This document shows, piece by piece, positions 1 through 9,600 of a stretch of 64,000 nucleotides of DNA. Within the stretch, counting starts at the first letter, position 1. Each line of letters begins with the position of its first letter. Source of the DNA: Chlorokybus atmophyticus (Eukaryota; Plantae; Mesostigma and Chlorokybus algae). The stretch spans positions 675,435-739,434 of the forward strand of contig RHPI01002262.1 in assembly GCA_009103225.1 (NCBI GenBank). The letters are read 5' to 3'. A program made the position numbers and the translations under genes. The notes beneath the pieces were generated by a model. The model searched no databases and was not told the origin of the DNA. It was given only the letters and a program-made list of their open reading frames with translations.

Positions 1-340
1 AGAGCATACACAAGTCACATCACATTCATCTATTACAAGTTGTCCGCTGGTTCTTATACCAGCTAGTTACACACACGTCTACGTTTGCAAGCACTGCGTA
101 AGCTATACTCAGCCGTTTGACGCGCTCTAAGCCGCGTTGTCTTTCTTACAACCAGAGCTTTCCAACAAGCTCTCACACGCCTAATATGAGTAAGTATACG
201 CGGAGATACGAAGCAGTTAGTAAGGCTCTTGTCTGGAGTCCGGAGTCTGGTCCGACGACGCCATCTTGCTAAGTCCGGACCTAGTGCTCGTCCTTACGAC
301 CTTCTACTCCTGTGTGGAGGGTCGATGCTGATCGTATGTA

Positions 341-1293
341 GGAATGACTCTCAACATTGCCTTCAAAGCTGCTGTGTTGCATCCGCTACTGTCGTCATAT
401 TCTGCACAGAAGTCAGGTTGGAAGATCGAGAAGATGCATCAGCTCACTCATTTTGGGCCGGCAATTGTCACCAGTGGACACCCAGATTGGTTCAGCGCCA
501 ACCACATGGAGCAGACGCACGCCCAAAATATCAAACGGTGGGCGCGTGGTGGCAACAACCGGGACTACCAGGCACGTATCCTGAAGCCATGGAGCTGTGC
601 GGAATATGTGAGAGAGGATGGCATGGTCGTAGATCCCGAGATGCGCTCGGTCATGGCGCAGGCGCGGCAGCAGTGCTGTAATGTCATGGAGAAGACGGAC
701 AAGTTGCTACGGATGGATGTGCTGACAAGGAGGGAGTCCAGCCCGTACTGGAGCGGATCTGCGCGTAGCCGCCAAGTCGCCTTGAAGACTCCATTTGCCG
801 ACAAGCTGCCTGCCACCCTGGACAGCTGGTTGAGGAGGGAACAACTGGAGTTGGCCGACGGGTGGCGTGCTGTTCGCGTGGTGAACGGAGGCGCAGCGGT
901 GTACATGACATTAGGAGTATGGCGCGCGCAACTGGGATGTTCCATGGGCGGACTTGGTTCTCTACACTTGAGTTGGAAGGTGATGAGGACGGTGTGAACG
1001 TGACGTGGTGGGCTCAGGCACTCCTTTTTCTGCGCGTGGTGGTGTGGGGTGGTAGCGGCGAGCGCGTGTGGAAGGAGGTCGTGTTTGTCCGCTGGTACAC
1101 GAAGCTTGATATGACGAGCGACACAAAGTGCATCGCTCTGGAATGGGAAAAGCGTCGAGGCGGTCCACATCTCGATGTCGTGACTTTGGAGCAAGTAAAA
1201 GGCATTGTCCAGCTGCTCCCCATGTTTGACAAGGACAGCGCCCGTGTACAAGAGGGCAAGTATTGGGTGAACGTTCACTGCACTTCCACGTGA
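341..1293 (+). mobile_element. C-terminal part of a Plavaka-like (CMC/CACTA-related) DNA transposase, with one frameshift near 880-910
   Basis: ORF 344-997 contains EKMHQLTHFGPAIVTSGHPDWFSANHMEQTHAQNIKRWARGGNNRD, matching the K.H...H....I...G..D......E..H...K...R..N.RD pattern of Plavaka-type transposases. Frame 862-1293 continues with RATGMFHGRTWFSTLEL...VFVRWY...LDVVTLEQVKGIVQLLPMF...YWVN, the typical tail. A putative acceptor (TATGTAG) ends at 340; the 5' part of the gene lies outside the window. Confidence 0.75.
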
Positions 1294-1496
1294 CACATGT
1301 ACTTGTCTCACTACTCTCAGTTTGGAGCATATCAGTTAGTTAGGCATTGCTAATGGTATGCTATGACTTTTGCATGTGGACGTGTACAATACCGGGCAGC
1401 TGTCACTGCACAACTGTCACCATAATCGAATGATCCATGCAACATTTAACAATCAGTCCGCCGTGTGGCATTAAGCATCAATACGGTGCACCACAC

Positions 1497-3227
1497 TCAA
1501 GCCTCATAGTTCCATGACACAGGAGGGTAGTCACAGCGCATATCCATTGTTTCAAGCATGAGACGCCCTATGCACTCCGCCATTGCGGGAGGAACTGCAT
1601 TCGCTATGGAAACGGCCGAGGTCATCCATGGCACTCCCAGCGCTGTTTGCCACGCAGCAATGCCGCCCCTGGTGCTTGGAAGGCCATAGACCGGGTACAT
1701 CTGCTGTGGCGCGTTTGATGTCACGATTGTCTTCTTCGCGCTAGCGGACAGGTGCGGCGATAGCAGTCCAACTGCCTTGCCCGCGTGCGAGCAGCGTGCT
1801 GGTGGGGTAGCTACCACTGGCTGTGTCTCAAACAGACGGTGTCGGAAAGTTGATAGGCCAAACATCGTGCCACAAAGGGACAGATTGGGTCTGAATGAGG
1901 AAGCTGCTCCTGGCACATTCTCAATCACAAACTTGACCTGGCTTGCAAGCAGCAGACGTCGGACGAGCGGTATCATATCCTGGTGTCTCCAGGATGTGCC
2001 ATGTGCCGCCCGTTGAGGTGCCGGGATAGCACCTGAATAGGCCTGGCATGGTGGACTGGCACAGATGAGCTCGTACTCGCTCAGCTCTCCTGCACTCAGG
2101 GTGCATACATCGCGGTGTATGAAGGGCAGCGGGTACTCAGAGGAGGGACTTATGTCCATCCCCGTCACGTCAAAGCCTGCGTGGTATAGACCGACACTGG
2201 CACCGCCACCGCGGCAGAATAGGTCGAGTGCCCTTGGTCTGCGTGTGCGTCCCAGCTTGTTGTCAAATGGCGTGTATGTGGTCAAGGCTGGCCGTGGTGC
2301 TGGCCAGGGACCAACAATGATGCCGTCCGGGCTTACTTTGCGACTGACGTTCTCCCCTCCGGCGCGTAGAACATGGCGTGCCCCGTCAACTGATGTGTAC
2401 GTGAATACGTTGTGCCCTTTGAAGTTGATGGTTTGTGGTCGATCACCGTCATCGAATACTATACGGTGCTGCCCTGCAAAGACATTTTCCATTGCACCAT
2501 GCATATATGATGCGTCCTCAATCTCGCACGCCACGAAGCGATGCTGACCTGACGCTTGCTTGAATGATTCCACAACGCCCGCATACCATTCCCCATCCAG
2601 CGGCCAATGCACCATGACACTCACACCGATCATCTGCTCGCATCCCAACTTAACTGCGTTCCGCAGCCGATAGACAGTGCGCTGTCCAATGGTCGATGGT
2701 CTGCCTCTTCTACAGCGGCTAGGGGATGGAACTGCCCACGCCCACACCGTGCAAGACTGCTCTGAATGCGACAACAGCTTCAACATGCATGAAATAAGCA
2801 TACGCCCAACATAACATGCAGTGATACGTCGCGGTCCACTCTTGTGGATTACCTCCACAGCATCCACCACCTGTCCACTAACCACATGTCCCGGTGTTGT
2901 CCATGTGAAGAAGCGCATGGGTTCCCCTCGCCACTCGAAGCATGAGCGCGAGCACGATTCGCACACGCACTGCACGCAATGGAAAAACTCGGGTTCCTTG
3001 CACAGCACTTGGCCGAGGCGGCAGCCAAACACGTCGACATTGTGTGTGGTGTGATGCCAGCAAGCAGCACTAAAACCGTGGCACACTGTCTGCACTCGCT
3101 GGCATTCGGTCAAGTGTGCTCGCATTTGCTGCCTACGGCCATTGGCACATACGTACGCATTGCATTGTGGGCACACCAAGCATGGTCTCCTAGGTGAGGG
3201 TGATTCAACTGCTGCCGCCGACATCAT
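1497..3227 (-). CDS. C2HC zinc finger + Tudor domain + prokaryote/phage-like C5 cytosine DNA methyltransferase fusion
   Basis: The 576-aa ORF has C5-MTase motifs I (LDLFCRGGG), II (GMDI), IV (ASPPCQAYS), VI (IENVPG), VIII (RHRLFE) and X (IANAVPPAMAECIG). It also has a Tudor signature (IGVSVMVHWPLDGEWYAGVVESF..SGQHRIVFDDGD once the in-frame intron 2474-2548 is removed) and an N-terminal CPQC-x15-H-x3-C. A second probable in-frame intron lies at 2762-2827. Confidence 0.9.
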   Translation of the reverse strand: MMSAAAVESPSPRRPCLVCPQCNAYVCANGRRQQMRAHLTECQRVQTVCHGFSAACWHHTTHNVDVFGCRLGQVLCKEPEFFHCVQCVCESCSRSCFEWRGEPMRFFTWTTPGHVVSGQVVDAVEVIHKSGPRRITACYVGRMLISCMLKLLSHSEQSCTVWAWAVPSPSRCRRGRPSTIGQRTVYRLRNAVKLGCEQMIGVSVMVHWPLDGEWYAGVVESFKQASGQHRFVACEIEDASYMHGAMENVFAGQHRIVFDDGDRPQTINFKGHNVFTYTSVDGARHVLRAGGENVSRKVSPDGIIVGPWPAPRPALTTYTPFDNKLGRTRRPRALDLFCRGGGASVGLYHAGFDVTGMDISPSSEYPLPFIHRDVCTLSAGELSEYELICASPPCQAYSGAIPAPQRAAHGTSWRHQDMIPLVRRLLLASQVKFVIENVPGAASSFRPNLSLCGTMFGLSTFRHRLFETQPVVATPPARCSHAGKAVGLLSPHLSASAKKTIVTSNAPQQMYPVYGLPSTRGGIAAWQTALGVPWMTSAVSIANAVPPAMAECIGRLMLETMDMRCDYPPVSWNYEA

Positions 3228-3270
3228 GCAAAATAGTAATCGGCACGGCTGCCCACAAACTGAGCGAGAC

Positions 3271-3318
3271 TTTAGGGTATGGGCATCGATTTAGGGTTGC
3301 CAGCTTACGAACCCTAAA
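3271..3318. promoter_or_regulatory. Cluster of three telo-box-like TTTAGGG/CCCTAAA heptamers just upstream of the methyltransferase start
   Basis: TTTAGGG at 3271 and 3290 and AACCCTAAA at 3310-3318, within 100 bp of the start at 3227. Confidence 0.45.
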
Positions 3319-3704
3319 TGGGTCAAACTTCAAGTGAAGCACGACTGTACCTTATACGCTATTGCAGTACCATGCATGGTGCTACATCAACATGAATGGT
3401 ACTCCATCTGTTAATGGTACTACAGTACAAGGATACTCGCATACTACCACGATCGTAGAGTAAATACTGTGCTGTCATGCCATGGAACCCAGAGCGCTGT
3501 CCGAGTTTGTTGCTGTCAACCACGCTCTAAACCAGCGAAGTATGCAAGCCATGCACTGACTCATGCGCCGGGCAGTCATCATACACATGTACAGCCAATG
3601 CTTCTAACAACAGCAGATCTCTGGTGCACCATGCTGCAACTATACATGTACCTACATGGTTCACAGGAAGCCAACACAAAACTATGATACATGCACAATT
3701 GGCA

Positions 3705-4760
3705 TCAAGGCGGGGGCCAAATCACCGCCGACACGTTGGCGTCTTGCATCAGGCGTGGCGACCAAAACGGGTGAGGTTGCTTGCAGAATGGACACGCTTG
3801 TAGATTCTTTGATTTATTTGCCACAGTCTTCTGATGTGCTATGATGCAGACATGGCACATCGCTTTCTTGCAACAGGGCGTCTCCCCATCCGCAGGGGGG
3901 GGTGGCTCTTCAATGCGACAAATCAGCACACATGGTGCACGCGGGTGTGCAAGCTGCCTCTGCCACCAAACTCTGTTATCGCGTCGCAGGCGTAGCGACT
4001 CCCATCTGAATGGCGCAGCATAACGCTCCACTGCCTGCTCGATCACCTGACGCCCATCTGCCGCCATACACCACCTGCTGGTCTTGGTGGTCTCGTCCAG
4101 CATGCGTTCATCCAGGCCCTCGACATGGCTGTCGTCACTCGTGTACTCCCCCGCATCGTCATTTTCTTCGAGCTTCCACAGAATCAGCTCGACGTGCCGT
4201 ATGACATACAGCCACTGCCAGCCAAAGCATGCCAAGTACAGCTCGAACGGTTTTACTTGCCACCCAGTATGTTTGCTCAGGTAGTGGCACACATCTCGAC
4301 CCGCATTGATCGACATCGACAGGTACATCTGCTGCAGCAGGTCGAAGTTCTGCTCCGCAGATAGCTCTTGCACATTGCCGGGTTGCTGCGGCAGCAACAA
4401 CACCATGTCGAGGACGCCTTGAGGTGGGCTGCTGCGGCAGCAACACCATCATATCGAGGATGGCGAGGGGCAACAACGTACTACGGATGGCCATATCGTG
4501 TATGGGTTCCAACCACGGCCAATCCTCAGAGGTTTGTTTAGACCGCATTCTCCGCGTTTGCTCCCACTTATTGCAAACTTTCGTCACCCACCTCGAGGCA
4601 TGCCGCATGCGGTGATGCAGCGCGTCTTGGGCGTAGTGTAGGGTGATCAACTCCTTTGCACTACGAGTCAGCCCCCCAAAGCGTCTGCGCGTCGGTGCTT
4701 TGAGCTTAGGCAGCTCGTGCCGCACCGGCTGTCTCTCTGGACGATGCTGAGCAACCACTT
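3705..4760 (-). CDS. RING-like zinc-finger protein, copy 1 (frameshifted by a 46-nt insertion near 4380-4430)
   Basis: C-terminal CVLIC-x14-PCCKKAMCHVC-x17-CPFC pattern in ORF 3705-4406. The N-terminal half is in ORF 4159-4758. The 5' side is cut at the N at 4772. Confidence 0.65.
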
Positions 4761-4772
4761 GACGCTGTAAAN

Positions 4773-5293
4773 ACGCGCTCTAAGCTGCGTTGTCTTTTTT
4801 ACAACCGGCGCTTTCCAACAAGCTCTCACACGCCTAATATGAGTAAGTATACGCGGAGATACGAAGCAGTTAGTAAGGCTCTTGTCTGGAGTCCGGAGTC
4901 TGGTCCGACGACGCCATCTTGCTAAGTCCGGACCTAGTGCTCGTCCTTACGACCTTCTACTCCTGTGTGGAGGGTCGATGCTGATCGTATGTAGGAATGA
5001 CTCTCAACATTGCCTTCAAAGCTGCTGTGTTGCATCCGCTACTGTCGTCATATTCTGCACAGAAGTCAGGTTGGAAGATCGAGAAGATGCATCAGCTCAC
5101 TCATTTTGGGCCGGCAATTGTCACCACCGACTCTCAACATTGCCTTCAAAGCTGCTGTGTTGCATCCGCTACTGTCGTCATATTCTGCACAGAAGTCAGG
5201 TTGGAAGATCGAGAAGATGCATCAGCTCACTCATTTTGGGCCGGCAATTGTCACCAGTGGACACCCAGATTGGTTCAGCGCCAACCACATGGA
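4773..5293 (+). repeat. Near-identical copy of 120-510 (transposase fragment) with an internal 130-bp tandem duplication, bounded by Ns
   Basis: Direct match to 120-510. The unit GACTCTCAACATTGCC...GCAATTGTCACCA starts at 4999 and again at 5129. Ns sit at 4772 and 5294. Confidence 0.9.
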
Positions 5294-5294
5294 N

Positions 5295-6103
5295 TGAGGC
5301 CTGAGGCGTTGGCGCAGCACTTTGGGTCACAGCCGGTGGTAGCGGGGAATTGGCAACGCCATTCCGCCACTCTGCGATCAGGTGTGTTACCTCCGGTGGC
5401 ACTTCATGCATAGGCCACGACCACTGTTCGGTGCTTGCAGGCTTGAGGAGCCAAAGATGTGCTTCTGGCTCATCAGGAGCAGTGTTGCCCACCACCAAAA
5501 CTGAGTTGGGGGCTTCTTTATTTCCAACCCAAACTGCGCTGTCGGGCCGTGGCACCCACTCCCCATGCTCGCGCTGAACGGTCACGCAGCCAATCAACAA
5601 GCCCAGCTTGTTGGCAAACATGGTCATCTGCAGGTGCTCGACGTACACATCTTTTCTCCGCACGATCTGTCGCACCTTGGCCATGGCTATGTTAATGTTG
5701 CAATTGACTTAAGCCACCATGGTCGCAGGCAGTTTGTCGTAATACTGCACTATCTCTCCCGCGGCACCAGTGGCTCTGCAGAAGTCTAAGACTCTACTCG
5801 CCACGCCTGCATTGACAGCCTTGACAGTGATTTTGCGGAGAGTGTCCCCCCTGCCGTCGTCGTCCATGGTGTCCAGCATGGCCCAAAATCAGCTCGAGCT
5901 GGGGCACTTGTGATCATCCAGGACACTTTGCGGTATGGATGGCCTGGCGCGATATACACAATGGTAGAAGCAATTACCATCCGTTGGCGCATTGAAGTGG
6001 TCCCATGAAGCGAGCTGGCCACCTAGCATGACTGATGGCCGTATGCGGGTTGCGGTCAGCTCTTCTGATGACTTAGTGGCAGGTGGTGACCCCTACTGCA
6101 TAT
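5295..6103 (-). pseudogene. OTU-like cysteine protease gene fragment, copy A
   Basis: Paralog of 7180-7726 plus 10867-11140 without the hAT insertion. It carries APTDGNCFYHC and EAHLWLL, and has an AGA->TGA nonsense difference relative to copy B (CPSSS*FW). Confidence 0.75.
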
Positions 6104-6620
6104 GACACACAGCCACTGCCAGTTAAAGCATGCCAAGTACAGCTCGAATGGTGTTACTTGCCACCCAGTATGTTTGCTCAGGTAGTGGCACACATCTCGA
6201 CCCGCATCAATCGACATCGACATGTACATCTGCTGTTGCAGGTCGAAGTTTTGCTCCGCGTATAGCTCTTGCACATTGCCGGGTTGCTGCGGCAGCAACA
6301 ACACCATGTCGAGGACGCCTTGAGGTGGGTGATGAAAGTGTGCAATAAGTGGGAGCAAACGCGGAGAGTGCGGTCTAAACAGACCTCTGGGGATTGGCCG
6401 TGGTTGGAACCCATACACGATATGGCCATGCGTGATACGTTGTTGCTGCCGCATGCGGTAATGCAGCGCGTCTTGGGCGTATTGTAGGCGAATCAACTTT
6501 TTTGCACTACGAGTCAGCCCCTCAAAGCGTCTGCGAGTCGGTGCTTTGAGCTTAGGCAGCTCGTGCCGCACCGGCTGTCTCTCTGGACGATGCTGAGCAG
6601 CCACTTGACGCTGTACACCC
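6104..6620 (-). pseudogene. RING-like gene copy 2, N-terminal part only, fused by deletion to OTU copy A
   Basis: ORF 6056-6604 matches 4159-4758 and 4200-4406. At 6103 it joins the OTU copy over a few bases of microhomology. Confidence 0.8.
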
Positions 6621-6659
6621 GCATGTGCCTACTCAGGACACACAGTCAGCCCCAGTGAG

Positions 6660-9600
6660 GTTTCAAGGCGATGTGCTTTTTCCAACGTTGTAACAATGCC
6701 TCACCTTTCCTTTTTTGGTCCTATCAGCGTCCCTTGTTCCAACAACCTTCTTCTTCTTTTTTTTTGTCAACCTGCACATCCTGGCAGGCGCTCTCCGTGG
6801 CACTGTCACTAAGAGGAGGTAAGGCGTCATCTTCTTGCTCCACAGCTTTGCGCTTGTTGGTTGCCTCCCGTTCCTCCACGACCTCATGTTGCTTCATGAG
6901 GTCGAGCATGAAGCCTTTATCCTTCAGCGCAGCTTCAAGACACCTCGATCAATCTCTTTACCAACAAGACAGGCTGGGATCAATGTGGCAAGCTTAGAGG
7001 GAGAGGGCGGAGCTACCGCTGCTTCTTGATGGAGATGCCTCCGGATGGTCAGAGTGCGGTGGCAAGTGAGTCTCCGCAGCAGGAAGGGAGGGTGCTGAAG
7101 TGTTAATGCGAGCATGTGGTTGCGGTTGAGGGGAGGCAGGATGTGCAGAACACTCGGCTACTTTTTGCCTAGCATACGAAGGCAAGGCCTGAGGCGTTGG
7201 CGCAGCACTTTGGGTCACAGCCGGTGGTAGCGGGGAATTGGCAACGCCATCCCGCCATTGTCCGATCAGTTATGTTACCTCCGGTGGCACTTCATGTATA
7301 GGCCACGACCATTATTCGGTGCTTGCAGGCTTGAGGAGCAAAAAGTGTGCTTCCGGCTCATCAGGAGCAGTGTTGCCCACCACCAAAACTGAGTTGGGGG
7401 CTTCTTTATTTCCAACCCAAACTGCGCTGCCGGGCCGTGGCACCCACTCCCCATGCTCGCGCTGAACGGTCACGCAGCCAATCAACAAGCCCAGCTTGTT
7501 GGCAAACATGGTCATCTGCAGGTGCTCGACGTACACATCTTTTCTCCGCACGATCTGTCGCACCTTGGCCATGGCTATGTTAATGTTGCAATTGACTTAA
7601 GCCACCATGGTCGCAGGCAGTTTGTCGTAATACTGCGCCATCTCTCCCGCGGCACCAGTGGCTCTGCAGAAGTCTAGGATTCTGCTCGCCACGCCTGCAT
7701 CGACAGCCTTGGCGGTGATTTTGCGGCATAGTAGCACCATACGGTATACGAGTATGCTTTCAGCTTCAGAGTATACGAGTATTTGACAGTATCCTATCAG
7801 GCAAGATTCGATAATACGAAAGCATACGATTGCAATATGTGTGTGTATAGAAACAACGCGAAGTGCACATGCATAGTGTCACATATGCGCACGATGCATC
7901 ACATGTTGAACAATGCAGATCTTGTCGACTGTATCACACTACAACAGCAACTACAAGACATGTCAATCATCAGACAGTTGCGCACGGAAGTCTTCCTCAT
8001 CACTAGACTCCTCTACCCATGGTAAAAAGTCTTCTTCGTAGACCACTGCTTGCACTCGGCGTAGCAAGTGCAGGTTGCTGTGGACATACACCAAGTCTTC
8101 AGCACGCGCAGGGAGCAGCTTGTTACGCTTCTTGCTGTGGATGAAGTCATACTTGGACCAGCTGCGCTCACAGGATGATGCGGATGAGACCTGAGCGAGG
8201 GTGCGGACTGCCACGGTCTGCAACTGAGGTGTGCCACCTCCAAACTCAAGCCACCACGCATGGGCGGCCATGGTAGACGCAGCTTGAATGACAAATGGAC
8301 GCCCGAACAACCCGTCACGGTTGCAGTAGGCCGCATGTTGCTGGACAGCGGCCGTCTGATCTGCCACGTTTGGTAGCATGCACTCAAGCACATCATAGAA
8401 CCCTGACATGACTTCACTGTTGCTGCGCTGCTCCTTACCCCAAAACTCCGGATCTAACACGTACCCGACCGAGTGTAGATTTGTGTGCAGCATTTCCCAT
8501 CTGGCTCGCCACAAGTCGCGGACCTCCTTGGCCTTGATGTTGCTCAACCCCATGTTGCTGATGTGTGCACCAATCTCAAACATGTTGACATACACCTTGC
8601 CGACCACGGGCTTGTTGCCATCAACCAGCCGCAGCAGCTTCATAATGGGTTCTGTAAGTTTGACCACCAGCTCCAACGCCTTCCAGAATGATGATGATAA
8701 CACGAGAGAACGCACTTTGTCCGCGGTCTCTGAGAGTGCCCTTGATGACTCTACCCAAGCCTTCCATTCCCGATCCACAACGGTGGCCTCAAGTGCATCT
8801 TTCACCTCCGCAAGACGTTGCAGCATCAAGAAGTTGGTGCCAAACCTCGTGTCGCCTGGCTTCAGCAACTTCAGCTGCGCTTTAGCCTCAAAGATGGCAT
8901 TGCTCCGGTGATGGTTGGTGATGAACTTCAAGATTTGCTTGGCTTCACCTATTGGCCCCGAAATCCATGCCAACTCGTCAAGATCTTCCAGTAACAGGTC
9001 CAGACAATGAGCCGTGCATGGTGCCCACGTGATATGTGGATACTCCTTGTTGACGAGGTCTCCGGCTGCACGACACACCGCCGCACTATCGGTGCAGACC
9101 TGGACCACATTCTCGGGCCCAACCTGCACATGCAACCAGTCATTCACACGTTCCCATACACATAAGCACAAGCCTTACAACAATGACAAGTTGAAAGACT
9201 CACCTTTTTGATGGCGGTGATGATCTGAGCAGCTACATATGGAGCGTCTTTGACATGTCCTTGAGTGTTAACACCTTCAAAAAACACAGCACCTTTGGGG
9301 CACACTGCCAGAGTGTTGAGCAACGGGCGATTCTGCACATCCGTCCAACCATCACTAGTCACAGTGCAGCCCGTGGTTGGCAGTGTTGAGAGTATGCTGG
9401 TCTCCACCTGTTGGCACCATTTGTTATCATCACAATCTATCCAATAAGTGATCTCATACTTCAAGTCTGATGTAGTGATGTGTAAGGTTGCTAACGCAAC
9501 TGCTCCCCCAACTCTTTGCATTCTTCCTTAAGCAAAGTAGTGCGCAGTGCGTTGTAGCCAGGCAAAGTGTAACTAGGACCAAAGGAGGCAATTGCTGCAG

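Noticed and set aside
565-1311. 248-aa minus-strand ORF
   Set aside because: It is antisense to the transposase fragment and has no recognisable motifs.
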